IMG/VR virus record: IMGVR_UViG_3300028805_000074
Location: 1-64,000 of that record
From: a virus
Lineage: Duplodnaviria; Caudoviricetes
Strand: one strand, 5' to 3'
Length of the DNA: 64,000 bases
Shown: one piece after another, positions 25,955 to 35,954 of the stretch
Layout: each line of letters begins with the position of its first letter
Position numbering within the stretch: position 1 is the stretch's first letter
The notes under the pieces: model-generated
Database searches by the model: none
The model's input: the letters and a program-made list of their open reading frames with translations, nothing else
What the model was told of the DNA's origin: nothing
Translations under genes and position numbers: made by a program

Positions 25955-25988
25955 GACAGAAAGTATTAACCAATTAAAACAAAGTAAT

Positions 25989-26192
25989 ATGGGAAAAGAT
26001 TCAAACACATCAACCGGAGGCATCGGCTTCACAGGAGCCCTGTTCCTCGTGTTCCTCGTACTGAAACTGACGAACGTCATCAACTGGTCGTGGTGGTGGG
26101 TCACCGCGCCGCTGTGGATTCACGCCATACTGGCGGTGCTGGTGCTGATAGCCGTGTTCGTATTTAAGGAGTATATCAGGAGAAGGTATTGA
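25989..26192 (+). CDS. Small two-TM phage membrane protein
   Basis: GGIGF.G.L..VF.VLKL..VI.WSWWWV.APLW motif common in phages. Confidence 0.75.
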   Translation: MGKDSNTSTGGIGFTGALFLVFLVLKLTNVINWSWWWVTAPLWIHAILAVLVLIAVFVFKEYIRRRY

Positions 26193-26390
26193 GGATTATG
26201 GGAAGAAACAGTGGTAATTTATCGTCGGCGATACTGCTGACACTGGTTGGAGCATTTGTGCCCGTGGTATGTTGGATTATGAGCATCCAGTTCGACCAGA
26301 ACTGCGTCGTCCACCATCGCCGGCCCCGGCTTACTATCTGAACATGGACGACCTGGAGCAACTGCCAGGAATTGTAAACAAGAATGAAGG

Positions 26391-26720
26391 ATGAACAAAC
26401 AGATTGACATTGTAAACCTGCTGAAGGATAAGTCGGCACTGCTGAATTATATCCTGACGATGATTACGTCGAGCGAGAAGTTCGCCAGCAACCTGCCACA
26501 CCTGCGAGAGAAAGGATGGTCGGAGCAGGGGATGCTCGACAAGGTGATTGAGGTGACGGCCATACAGTCGGCACAGATCAAGCACCTGGCACTGATAGCC
26601 CTGCTGCTCGTGCAGTCGAACGACTTCGACACGATGGTGGGTCACCTGATGATTAAGATGGGTCGCGGCGAGGAAGCACTCAAAGCGATGTTTGACGCGA
26701 AACTGAAAGGGAAGGGGTGA
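26391..26720 (+). CDS. Hypothetical protein, paralogue A
   Basis: 97/109 aa identical to 42361-42690. Confidence 0.8.
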   Translation: MNKQIDIVNLLKDKSALLNYILTMITSSEKFASNLPHLREKGWSEQGMLDKVIEVTAIQSAQIKHLALIALLLVQSNDFDTMVGHLMIKMGRGEEALKAMFDAKLKGKG

Positions 26721-26760
26721 GAGAAACAAGACATACAGAACGCGCTTATCCGTGTTTGAG

Positions 26761-26820
26761 CTTTCCGATTAAGCGAGAGTAGAGCCAAACTCGCTTGTGC
26801 TATGCCGAGCGTGAGGAAAG
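26761..26820 (+). repeat. Dispersed hairpin element
   Basis: Same ends as 11865-11922 (ctttccgattaagcRagag ... gccgaKcgYgaggaaag) with a different internal stem. Confidence 0.7.
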
Positions 26821-26861
26821 TATTAAAATGTGAGAATGACAGCCGGGAAAGACCGGTAACC

Positions 26862-26942
26862 TGACGGCGAAAGACTGGTAAATGGGCAACCAGCATGTAA
26901 GACTTGGCGCTGAGCGGGGGTTCGATTCTCTCCGCCGTCACA
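26862..26942 (+). tRNA. Degenerate tRNA / tRNA-like RNA
   Basis: Acceptor-like tgacggcg/cgccgtca, T-arm ggggg-TTCGATT-ctctc; D and anticodon arms non-canonical; preceded by ccgg-gaaaga-ccgg hairpin. Confidence 0.4.
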
Positions 26943-26968
26943 GAAACAACAAAAGAAAAAGAGATGAT

Positions 26969-28012
26969 ATGAAAACAGATAATGAGACTATCGACAAGGC
27001 TGCGCTGGGCGACTATCTGACAGACGGCGATATCGTATTCATCAGCAGCGGACAGCCCGACCCGATGAAGGCGGTGGTGGGGCTGAACTGGCCGCGCAAC
27101 TATATATTCTTCGACGAATACTGCTGCCTGGCTGTGAAGGAGAATGTGCGTAAGGCAACCGATGCGGAGCGCATAAGTCTGGACGATGTGCTCAGGAAAC
27201 AACGGCTGGCATGGTCGCAGGCAGAAGGAAAACTGAAGCGTACAGAGCAAGAGGTCAGCGCCGTATGGCCACTGATATCCAACTGCCAGCCCATCATCGC
27301 CGGCTACGGCGGTACGGTGACGCGGATGGAGGAAGGTGACACGCGCTACGACGAAAACTTCATCCTGCGACAGCATGAGAACGGTGGCTGGTGGATATGG
27401 CAACTGGTGCTGCCACAATTCAAGGTTGGTGACTGCATCCGCGCCAAGGGTACCAACGGCGAGGGTTCTGTCATCAAAGCCATCGACGACGAGGCGGGCT
27501 GCTACGTGTTCGACCACGATGTGCGAGGCAGTTACGTCTGCCAGGAGTACGAACTTGTGCCGTGGGAACCTCGCAGCGGCGACATTGTGCGCCATAAGGG
27601 CGACGACGACGGGCGGCGGTTCCGCATCAGCGACAACCCCGAGGGCTACTGCGGCGGCGGAGAGTTCTTCATCATGCAGATCATGGAGTTCGGCGTAGCT
27701 GGCGGCAGCATCAGCCGCTACAGTCTAAAAGAGGGCTACGAACTGGTGGAGCGTCCGCAGACGTTCGACGAGGCACTATACGGCCTCAGTCAGCAACTGG
27801 GCGATGCACTGAAGAGCAGTCAGAAGCCCGTCGGCAAAGTTGAAATAATCATCGACGGCGAGCGGCACTGTCTCATCGACATCAAGGACAGCGATATCAA
27901 CGAGTCGTGCGCCGTCTGCTCGCTCGACAAGGTGTGCAACCGATTCAAGGAAGCACTCTGCAACGCCATCGCCGGACGCGACGGCGGACATCTGTTCCAA
28001 AAAGAAGAATAA
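26969..28012 (+). CDS. Multi-domain hypothetical protein
   Basis: ATG at 26969; repeated FKVGD/PRSGD small beta modules; C-terminal CxxC...C...C. Confidence 0.7.
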   Translation: MKTDNETIDKAALGDYLTDGDIVFISSGQPDPMKAVVGLNWPRNYIFFDEYCCLAVKENVRKATDAERISLDDVLRKQRLAWSQAEGKLKRTEQEVSAVWPLISNCQPIIAGYGGTVTRMEEGDTRYDENFILRQHENGGWWIWQLVLPQFKVGDCIRAKGTNGEGSVIKAIDDEAGCYVFDHDVRGSYVCQEYELVPWEPRSGDIVRHKGDDDGRRFRISDNPEGYCGGGEFFIMQIMEFGVAGGSISRYSLKEGYELVERPQTFDEALYGLSQQLGDALKSSQKPVGKVEIIIDGERHCLIDIKDSDINESCAVCSLDKVCNRFKEALCNAIAGRDGGHLFQKEE

Positions 28013-28020
28013 GAAAGTTC

Positions 28021-31000
28021 GTGACTGAAGAGAGCCTACAGATACTGAGGAACATTTCGCTCGTGGAAGTGATGCGGGCGAATGGATATGAGCCGGAGAA
28101 CCTGCCGAGGAGCGGCCGGGCGGTGTACCATTGTCCGTTGGGAGGGCACGCCGACCACAAGCCGTCGTTCAGCGTGGAGCAGAAGGCGGGCGACGGACAC
28201 GATGCGCCGGGCTGGGGATGCTTCGGGTGCGACAAGAAGGGCTACGGGGCCGTGGCGCTGCAGGCGGCGCTGATGGGCTACGACTGGAGCAACCTGACGC
28301 AGGAGCAGATGCAGAAGGTGTGCCAGCGGCTGGTGGACGAGCATGACGTGGAGGTGAAGGACGTGGCGCCGACGAGTCCGGAGGAACGGACGAAGGCGAT
28401 AGACCCGCAGGAGTGTGAGTTCACCGTGACGAAGTGGACGATATATCATCTGAGAGCGCTGGGCTTCACGGTGAAGAACGCGACCAAGGCAGGTGAGGAC
28501 GGCGAGCAGGTGGTGATGTATAAAGAGCCCGACCTCGGCGGCAAAACCGCCGAGCACAGTGAGGGCGACGGGAAGCCGGTGCCGCTGTACCGCTGCTCAA
28601 TCGACCGCGAGTTCTGGCGGGGCAGGGGAGAGGCCAAGACTGCCCAGGAGTGGGGCGAGACGATCGAGAGGGAGTTCCAGACGTACCCAGTCGATGTGTT
28701 CATCACCTCGCCTGTAAAAGCCAAGCAGGGCGGCAAGTGCTCGCTGGAGATTCACGACAGGCTGACGTACCCGATATTCGCGATGCCGTATGAATGGGGC
28801 ACGAAGAAATACGAGCCGAGAAGCAAGACGACGAAATGGGCGTGGTATAAGAAGGGCGACGTGGCCACACGGCTGTATGGCGACCATGTGGCGATGGCGG
28901 CGATGGAAGCCCTCGGCGGCAGAACCGCCGAGCACAGGACCGCAGCCGGAGAAGCGGCAGCCGCTCCGTGGTTTGCCGACGCGCTGAAGGACAGGCGGCA
29001 TCCGCTGGTGGTGACAGAGCGCGACAGCGACAAGAACCCCGTGAAGGCGAAGATGAAGCGGCTGGTGCTGTGCTCAGGGCCTCGCGATGCGATGCAGATG
29101 TGGGCGGCGACGGATGCTCATGTGCTGTGGCTGCACAACGAACTGGCGGGCATCAAGGACGGCGTGGTCGAGGAATGGCTGCGCGTGCTGCTCGTAAGGA
29201 TGGCTCAGGTGGCGGTGGATATATATGTATGCTACGACACCGACGCAACGGGGCAGGCCTGCAGCGCCAGCATCGCTCTGGAGAATGCCAGGGTGCATTG
29301 GGTCAGGTTGCCGAAGGAGATGGGGGCTGTTGACCTCGGCGGCAAAACCGCCGAGCACAGTAAGCCCTACAAGGACGTGACGGACTTCGTGACGCACTTC
29401 TCGCAGATACAGAAACTGTTTGCGCCGGACTTGCGGAAGGCGAACCCCAGCGAGGCGCTGATGCGGATGCTGAAAAATGCGCTGACGATGCAGTTCTGGA
29501 TTGACAAGCACACGTCGAAGAAGAACGACAAGGACGAGAAGGAGCACAACGTGCGCTACGTGCTGAGCGTGGCGAACCTGCTGCAGTTCCTCGACGCGAA
29601 GGGCATCCGCTGCCATCAGGACGAGCGCGGCCAGCGGGCGTTCTATCAGCTCTCGCACAATAATACATATAGATATCTCGACACCAGCCGCACGGGCAAC
29701 CAGCTGGAGTCAGTCTGCCGCACGTCGATGCTCGACTGGATAGACGCACACTTCGGCAACGACGCGGACTATGCCGACCAGGACGAGCGCAGGGACGACC
29801 CGTCGCAGTTCAAGGCGAACCTCGTGAACACCATCTTCACCGGCAAGGGACTCGACGCCAGGACGATGAACACCATGCCGCCGGCACCCATCAACGAGCA
29901 CTCGTGGGGCGAGGACTTCGACCACTTCTTCTTCCAAAACACCGCCGTCCGCGTGACGAAGGACGAGATCCGCGAGGTGCCCTACGACCGGCTGCCATGG
30001 GTGACCAACGAGGAAGCCATCATGCCGGGCGAGTTCCATGTGCAGCAGCAGCCGTGGCGCATCGTGGTCAACCCGAAGTACGAGGCCGAGCGGAAGCGCC
30101 ACGAGGAGATATCGAAGCAATGCACCACTCCCGCCATGCGTGCCGCCGAGAACCTGCGGTGGAAGCAGTGGGAGGAACTGTGGAAGTTCCAGCTCGTCAT
30201 GGACAAGCCCCTGGAAGAGATGCCGATGCACTTCCAGTTCGAGTACAACACGTGCCGCATCTTCTGGGAGAAGGAGTCGTTCGGCGAGAAGCTGACGGCC
30301 GTCGAGCGGCAGATGCAGGACATGCACTTCATCAACCACTGCCACGCCATCGGCTACAGCATCACCCGGCACCGGAGCCTGGCACGGCAGCTGACCGTCC
30401 ACATGACCGACTACAGCGTGACCGACGAGCAGAAGGCCAGCGGGCGCAACGGCAAGAGCATACACATCGACATGATGGCCACCGTCAGGCCCTCGTCGGC
30501 CAACATCGCGGGCAAGTCGATGAAGAACATCTCGATGGAGGTGCTGTTCGGCTACGTCATAGCCCACCTGCACACGCTGGTCTGCATGGACGAAATGCCC
30601 GACAACTTCAACGTCGAGGACCTGTACAACATCGGCACGAAACTGGTGTGCAAGACGCTCTACCACCAGCCCGTCACGCTGACCGGCGACGAGGTGCCCA
30701 AGGTGTTCATCACCTCGAACAAGCCCTTCGACCGCTCGGCGGGCTCCACCAAGGGGCGCATCTACCCCTGCTTCACCTCGGACTACTACCACGCCGCCAC
30801 CGACGACGGGCGCTGGCTCGACCATGCCCCCAAGGACGACTTCCTGGAGAAGTACGGCGTGGCGGAGGTGGCGCGTAACCTGCCGCCGCAGTTGCTGAAC
30901 GAGCTGCAGAACATGCTGCTGGCGATGGCGCAGTTCTACCTGCAGCACCCCAACGAGACCATCCTGCCGCCGACCGAGAGCCGTAGCCTGCGCCGCGAAC

Positions 31001-31536
31001 TCTACGCCATGACGAAGGACTCAGGGCTGACCGACTGGCTCATCACTTACTTCGAGGACACGCCCGACAACCCACACATCGGCCAGCCCATACCGCCGCA
31101 GGAGATGGCGATATCCTTATTGGACGCAGAGGGCGAGGGCGTCACCTGGGACACCATCGAGAAGGCGAAGAAACGCATCGCGAAGTACCTGAAGCCCTGT
31201 CTGAACCGCATGGGCATCGTGATGGATCCCGACGTGGTGCTGAACACGTCGTCGTACCGCCGTCGCGGCGGGCGCCAGACCCGTGCCTGGCTCACCGTGC
31301 TCGACCAGCAGGGCAAGCCCGTGGAGCGCATGGAGAAGAACAAGTACCGCCACGAGGTCAGCACCGGCGAGCGTGTGCCCCGCGAACTCTCCGCCCAGCA
31401 CACCTTCGTGCATTACTTCTATCGCAACCGTCCAGGCGGCGTGCCCACCAAGCCCTATACCGCCGGCAAGGAGTATGAGGAGGGGTATGTGCAGGCAGCA
31501 GCCGAGAAAGATCCGGAGGAAGGAGGTGAGTCATGA
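28021..31536 (+). CDS. DNA primase-helicase (CHC2 zinc finger + TOPRIM + P-loop ATPase)
   Basis: CPLGGH...CFGC; LCSGPRDA and CYDTDATG TOPRIM motifs; SGRNGKS Walker A, CMDE Walker B, ITSN; start uncertain (GTG 28021; frame open from 27907). Confidence 0.85.
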   Translation: MTEESLQILRNISLVEVMRANGYEPENLPRSGRAVYHCPLGGHADHKPSFSVEQKAGDGHDAPGWGCFGCDKKGYGAVALQAALMGYDWSNLTQEQMQKVCQRLVDEHDVEVKDVAPTSPEERTKAIDPQECEFTVTKWTIYHLRALGFTVKNATKAGEDGEQVVMYKEPDLGGKTAEHSEGDGKPVPLYRCSIDREFWRGRGEAKTAQEWGETIEREFQTYPVDVFITSPVKAKQGGKCSLEIHDRLTYPIFAMPYEWGTKKYEPRSKTTKWAWYKKGDVATRLYGDHVAMAAMEALGGRTAEHRTAAGEAAAAPWFADALKDRRHPLVVTERDSDKNPVKAKMKRLVLCSGPRDAMQMWAATDAHVLWLHNELAGIKDGVVEEWLRVLLVRMAQVAVDIYVCYDTDATGQACSASIALENARVHWVRLPKEMGAVDLGGKTAEHSKPYKDVTDFVTHFSQIQKLFAPDLRKANPSEALMRMLKNALTMQFWIDKHTSKKNDKDEKEHNVRYVLSVANLLQFLDAKGIRCHQDERGQRAFYQLSHNNTYRYLDTSRTGNQLESVCRTSMLDWIDAHFGNDADYADQDERRDDPSQFKANLVNTIFTGKGLDARTMNTMPPAPINEHSWGEDFDHFFFQNTAVRVTKDEIREVPYDRLPWVTNEEAIMPGEFHVQQQPWRIVVNPKYEAERKRHEEISKQCTTPAMRAAENLRWKQWEELWKFQLVMDKPLEEMPMHFQFEYNTCRIFWEKESFGEKLTAVERQMQDMHFINHCHAIGYSITRHRSLARQLTVHMTDYSVTDEQKASGRNGKSIHIDMMATVRPSSANIAGKSMKNISMEVLFGYVIAHLHTLVCMDEMPDNFNVEDLYNIGTKLVCKTLYHQPVTLTGDEVPKVFITSNKPFDRSAGSTKGRIYPCFTSDYYHAATDDGRWLDHAPKDDFLEKYGVAEVARNLPPQLLNELQNMLLAMAQFYLQHPNETILPPTESRSLRRELYAMTKDSGLTDWLITYFEDTPDNPHIGQPIPPQEMAISLLDAEGEGVTWDTIEKAKKRIAKYLKPCLNRMGIVMDPDVVLNTSSYRRRGGRQTRAWLTVLDQQGKPVERMEKNKYRHEVSTGERVPRELSAQHTFVHYFYRNRPGGVPTKPYTAGKEYEEGYVQAAAEKDPEEGGES
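28531..28560 (+). repeat. 30-bp in-frame palindromic element, copy 1 (DLGGKTAEHS)
   Basis: gacctcggcggcaaaaccgccgagcacagt. Confidence 0.9.
28909..28938 (+). repeat. 30-bp in-frame palindromic element, copy 2 (ALGGRTAEHR)
   Basis: 27/30 identical to copy 1. Confidence 0.85.
29332..29361 (+). repeat. 30-bp in-frame palindromic element, copy 3 (DLGGKTAEHS)
   Basis: 30/30 identical to copy 1. Confidence 0.9.
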
Positions 31537-31991
31537 CGAAGCGCAGGCATCTCGTCACCATCATCAAGCGGAGCTGCATCACCAACAAGGTAGTGTGGAT
31601 ATACCGGGGAGCGAGCCGCAATGCAGGCAGGCATGCCTACTGGAAGGCCTGCAAGAAGGAACTGGAGAAGGTGAAGCAGTGGGCCGAGCGGATGGCCGAG
31701 CGCAAGCGCAGGCTGACAATGGTGCTGGGAATGTCGGAAAGCAGTTTATCTGGCAGCAAATCGTCCGGCAATATGTTTGGAGGCGAACTGACCGACGAGC
31801 AGCGCAAGGCCGCCCGCGAACTGGTCAGGATGGCCAAGCAGGAACCGCCGCCCGACATGGAGTTCTACAACCACATCGTCGAGGAACGCCGACGGCGCCA
31901 GCAGGACAAGGACATCCGCCGCAAGATGCGTGAGCGCGAGCAGAAAGCTGCCGAAGGCAAGGATTCCACGACTGGAGAAAAATTACGATAA
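31533..31991 (+). CDS. Basic hypothetical protein
   Basis: ATGA overlap with the primase stop. Confidence 0.7.
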   Translation: MTKRRHLVTIIKRSCITNKVVWIYRGASRNAGRHAYWKACKKELEKVKQWAERMAERKRRLTMVLGMSESSLSGSKSSGNMFGGELTDEQRKAARELVRMAKQEPPPDMEFYNHIVEERRRRQQDKDIRRKMREREQKAAEGKDSTTGEKLR

Positions 31992-32037
31992 TCACTGTTA
32001 TGATAAATAGGCGGTAAACATTAAACAAAAAGGCGAT

Positions 32038-32325
32038 ATGAGAACAGAGAAAAGACAGAAGACCGTCACATACGAAGTTTATGTAGCTTCTGATGGTAAG
32101 GAATTTGAATCTCAAGAAAAGTGCAGACATCACGAAATGCTGCTTAATGGTTCAAGAAAAGAGTGTCCTAAATGTCATGGCAAAGGACGGATTAACGGAC
32201 ATTATGAAAGGTATTTTGATGGTGGCTCAATGGGTGACCATCAGTACCACGAGCGCTGGACATCTGACGAATGTCCTGAATGTAAAGGCAAAGGATATCT
32301 TGAAAGAGTTACTGAATGGAGATAA
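32038..32325 (+). CDS. Small DnaJ-type zinc-finger protein
   Basis: Two CxxCxGxG motifs; AT-rich. Confidence 0.7.
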   Translation: MRTEKRQKTVTYEVYVASDGKEFESQEKCRHHEMLLNGSRKECPKCHGKGRINGHYERYFDGGSMGDHQYHERWTSDECPECKGKGYLERVTEWR

Positions 32326-32434
32326 AAATATGAACGAACAAGAAATTAAGGCGCAAGCCAACGAACAGAACAACGAGACAGTAACCACCACCCCGACGGA
32401 CGTGTGGTATTCATAAACGACAAAGAGCAACAGA

Positions 32435-33667
32435 ATGAAGAATCCATTCAATATCATCAAGCGCAAAGCCGACAAGATTCGCAAGAGCGAAGAAGCGATG
32501 AAGGCCGGTGTGGAGATGGCCGCCAGGGCGAAAGCTGAGGGCTGGAGCGACGAGCGGATGATGCAGGAGGTGATGAACTGGGCTGACCAGATGATTCGCT
32601 GTGAGATGGAAGAAGCCGTCGGCAAGGACATCGACCGAATGGTGGAAGCCATGCTGCAGAACGAACCCAACGCCAAGCGCTACGAAGAGAAACTGCGGCA
32701 GGAAGTTCGTCAGGAGTTCCTGAAGTATGCCATGACTGGCAAGGAACCCGACCTGGTGCAGGCCGCGAGCAGAGCCATTGGCGTGAACGAAGAAAAACCA
32801 ATCGCTGCCGACAACAAGCCGACGATGACCATCGAGGAGATGGAGCGCAAGATGGTCAGTGCGACATCGGTGGTGAAGCTGGTGTGCGGCGTTGGCAACA
32901 ATGCGGCGTGGCTGGTGGTGCTCGAAGCCTACGGACATGCCAAAGAGCATCCACGGTACAACCAGTCGGTGAAGGGCGGCAAGCGCGTGGGCTGGTTCTT
33001 CCGCCGCGTGATGAAACTCTACCACGAGTACGAGGACCATCTGGTGAACGCCAGGCAGAACCGCATGTTCCACCTGGCCGACATGGACGAGAAGACGCGC
33101 CGCAAGTACGGCGACATCAGCGACCGCGAGTACTACGACTTCTGGGCTGCCATCGGCGGGCCGGCCTACCACGAGACGCACCCACTGGTGACGAGCCTCT
33201 GGAACAAGTACCGCCTGTCGCTGCAGAACAACGGCGTAGAGCATGCCGACAAGGTGGCGTGGGTGATGACCGCTCAGGCGGCGCTGGAGCTGGCAGGCAC
33301 GATGTACGACATGGCCATCGACGAGTGCGAGACGGGCTACGGACTGCCGCGCAACCTGCTGGAGTACGTCTTCGGGCAGTTCTCGATGAAGGCAATCGCC
33401 AAGGAGTGGTACCGCGCCATGATGACGCTGGCCCCCGAGACCGAGCCCATCAAGCCGTCGGAACTGGACGAGAAGAACATCGACATCGGCATACGGCAGC
33501 TGATGGAGGCATGGATGGACCACGACCTGCTCTACCGCTCGACCGCCGACACCGTGGCCGACTACGACGAGGTGTTCTCGACCAAGGGCCACCAGAAGAA
33601 AGCCCTCCGCGAGATTGCCGAGGTGAGAGAAGAAACGCAACGAATGATTGATAACGACAATGACTAA
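32435..33667 (+). CDS. Hypothetical alpha-helical protein (410 aa)
   Basis: Long ORF with phage-typical codon usage. Confidence 0.8.
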   Translation: MKNPFNIIKRKADKIRKSEEAMKAGVEMAARAKAEGWSDERMMQEVMNWADQMIRCEMEEAVGKDIDRMVEAMLQNEPNAKRYEEKLRQEVRQEFLKYAMTGKEPDLVQAASRAIGVNEEKPIAADNKPTMTIEEMERKMVSATSVVKLVCGVGNNAAWLVVLEAYGHAKEHPRYNQSVKGGKRVGWFFRRVMKLYHEYEDHLVNARQNRMFHLADMDEKTRRKYGDISDREYYDFWAAIGGPAYHETHPLVTSLWNKYRLSLQNNGVEHADKVAWVMTAQAALELAGTMYDMAIDECETGYGLPRNLLEYVFGQFSMKAIAKEWYRAMMTLAPETEPIKPSELDEKNIDIGIRQLMEAWMDHDLLYRSTADTVADYDEVFSTKGHQKKALREIAEVREETQRMIDNDND

Positions 33668-33670
33668 GAT

Positions 33671-35437
33671 ATGACCTACGACGAGACAACGCTGTTTACG
33701 AAGTTCATGCAGGGAAAGGGTGTGATGAACAACTTCGAGTACCTGTACCGCTCGCACCGGTTCGACAAGCGCGACCTCGACACCTACCTCGACGAGGTGG
33801 CGGCAGAGGACGTGATACTGTCGGCCTTCGACTTCACGGGTGCTGGCAACACCATCTTCGGCTTCAAGTACTGGAAGGATATCGACCAGAAGTGGCAGGC
33901 GAAGCTGACGGAGTTCCGCAACACGGGCATCCTGACGGCCGACGAGGCACAGGTGTACTGCCCCCACTGCCAGCGGGTGCTGCCCAGGACGGCCTTTGCC
34001 ACGAAGTCGAATGGCGTGCTGCACAAGCACTGCCGTGAGTGCGAGGGCGGCAAATGGGACAAAGAGAAGAAGGAGCGCGAGAAGGCTGAGAAGGAGGCCG
34101 AGAAGCAGGCCAAGGCCATCAAGCAGCTGGAGAAGGAGATTGCCGAGAAGCAGGCGAAGCTGGAGCGGCTGTCGGCACAGGAGCCTGTAGCAGAGCCGAC
34201 GGGCAAGATCCTGACGAACAATCGTGCTGAGAGTGCCCGTCGTGAGATAGCCGAAGGACAGGCCAACCTCGACAAGACCACGAAGGTGTGCGGCCACTGC
34301 GGCAAGCGCAAGTTCCGCTCGGAGTTCTACAAGTCGGACTCCAGCGAGGACGGTCTGCAGGAGTATTGCAAGACCTGCCAGACGGAGCTGTTGGCCGCTG
34401 CTGAGGAGGCACAGCGGAAAGAGGGGGAACAGCGTCGGCTGGAGATTGAAATAGCCGAGTGCGAGGCCGAGGTACAGCGGATGGAGCAGGAGAAGAAGGC
34501 TCTCGATGAAGAAGTACGACGCAAGAAGGAAGCAGAGCGTCAGGCCGACGAGCAGCGCAAGGCTGTATCTGCAACCGCCGAGCCTACGACCGGCATGACC
34601 GTTGACACGACCGAAAATACGACCGAAATCCCGACAGCCACACGCTTGGGCGAGCACGACGTGACGATGCACTACAAGACGACGGAGAAGCGCATCACGC
34701 TCAATGCCGTGCTGTCGGACATCGTGCGACGGGCAGGGTTGACGAAGTGCTACATCTACGCCGACCGCAAGGGCTGTCAGTTCCTCGTGTTCAACAATGC
34801 CGAGGGCTCCAACGTCACCAAGGCCAACAGCCGTACCAGCGACCTGCTGCAGGTGTGCTCGTCCAGCATCTGCCGACAGATTGCCGAGCGATTCGAGCTG
34901 AGAATTGGCGACAACTACTACCTGCATGTTACGAAGAACCTGGCACACACGGCTGACATCGTGAACGTCGAGGTGAAGCAGGTGCGGACCCGAGAGGAGT
35001 ATGCCGTCATTGTGGCACAGCGCGAGGCAGCCGTGAAGAGCGGCATCACGCCCGACATCGACGAGACCGACGATCCTATGGAAGAGGCCCCTACCCCATC
35101 CACCGACACCAACGACATGCCGCTGATAGAGTTTGCGGACATCGACGATAACCATACAGGCGACGGGCAGACCCCGACCACGGGTGAGAGTGGCGGCAGT
35201 TCTGCCCCCACGCCTGAACCCAAGCAGAAGGCCAAGGCTGGCAACATGAAACCTGCCAGCCTGAAACCTGAAACCACCGGCATCCCCCTCTCTGGCCGCA
35301 AGCCGCAGGATATCCTCCAGCAGCTCATCGACCGGGGCCACCTGCAGGAGCGCGACATCGCCGCCTTCCTCTTCCAGAAAGGCTGGGAACTGCACGAGCC
35401 GGTCGTGGTCACCAAGCACAAGAAATTCTCACTGTAA
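33671..35437 (+). CDS. Zinc-finger and coiled-coil hypothetical protein (588 aa)
   Basis: Two CxxC...CxxC fingers (CPHC..CREC, CGHC..CKTC) separated by coiled coils. Confidence 0.8.
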   Translation: MTYDETTLFTKFMQGKGVMNNFEYLYRSHRFDKRDLDTYLDEVAAEDVILSAFDFTGAGNTIFGFKYWKDIDQKWQAKLTEFRNTGILTADEAQVYCPHCQRVLPRTAFATKSNGVLHKHCRECEGGKWDKEKKEREKAEKEAEKQAKAIKQLEKEIAEKQAKLERLSAQEPVAEPTGKILTNNRAESARREIAEGQANLDKTTKVCGHCGKRKFRSEFYKSDSSEDGLQEYCKTCQTELLAAAEEAQRKEGEQRRLEIEIAECEAEVQRMEQEKKALDEEVRRKKEAERQADEQRKAVSATAEPTTGMTVDTTENTTEIPTATRLGEHDVTMHYKTTEKRITLNAVLSDIVRRAGLTKCYIYADRKGCQFLVFNNAEGSNVTKANSRTSDLLQVCSSSICRQIAERFELRIGDNYYLHVTKNLAHTADIVNVEVKQVRTREEYAVIVAQREAAVKSGITPDIDETDDPMEEAPTPSTDTNDMPLIEFADIDDNHTGDGQTPTTGESGGSSAPTPEPKQKAKAGNMKPASLKPETTGIPLSGRKPQDILQQLIDRGHLQERDIAAFLFQKGWELHEPVVVTKHKKFSL

Positions 35438-35449
35438 TATATAAATGTA

Positions 35450-35752
35450 ATGGCAAGACACAAGCAAAGAAGATACGCAGAGATGAAGCCCGCCGTGAAG
35501 ATGAATGGCGGCTACAGCCGACGCCAGCGCACCGACATACTGACCGCACAGGGCGAGATAACCGAGGCGCTGGGCTACGACAACTACCACGTGGAGCTGG
35601 ACAACGGCGTCACCATCCTCGCCACCATCAGCGGCAAGATGCGACAGAACCACATCCGCGTCATGGTGGGCGACCGCGTGGAGCTGGAACTCTCCGTCTA
35701 CGACCTCACCAAGGGCCGCATCACAAGACGATTTCAAGTTAAGCAGCAATGA
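35450..35752 (+). CDS. infA: Translation initiation factor IF-1 homologue with basic N-terminal extension
   Basis: GEITEALG...VELDNG..ILATISGKMRQNHIRVMVGDRVELELSVYDLTKGRI is the IF-1 signature. Confidence 0.92.
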   Translation: MARHKQRRYAEMKPAVKMNGGYSRRQRTDILTAQGEITEALGYDNYHVELDNGVTILATISGKMRQNHIRVMVGDRVELELSVYDLTKGRITRRFQVKQQ

Positions 35753-35782
35753 TTATAGAATTAAACAAACGATTAAGGTATT

Positions 35783-35938
35783 ATGACGAAAAGACTTCAC
35801 GGAGGCAGGACAACGGAGCAGTACGTGCTCGACCTGCACAGCAACGGATGGCAAGTGGCGAACATTGCAAGCATCGCAGGGGTAAGCGCCCAGACGGTGC
35901 GAGAAATCCTGAAGAGAAAAAACATCATCATGGACTGA
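35783..35938 (+). CDS. Small HTH protein (51 aa, below track cutoff)
   Basis: MTKRLHGG...VLDLHSNGWQVANIASIAGVSAQTVREIL. Confidence 0.6.
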   Translation: MTKRLHGGRTTEQYVLDLHSNGWQVANIASIAGVSAQTVREILKRKNIIMD

Positions 35939-35954
35939 AAGACAAGGCAGCGAG

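Noticed and set aside
32411-35419. 1002-aa minus-strand ORF, and similar long antisense ORFs at 29710, 38820 and 53505
   Set aside because: Antisense shadows of well-formed plus-strand genes caused by codon bias
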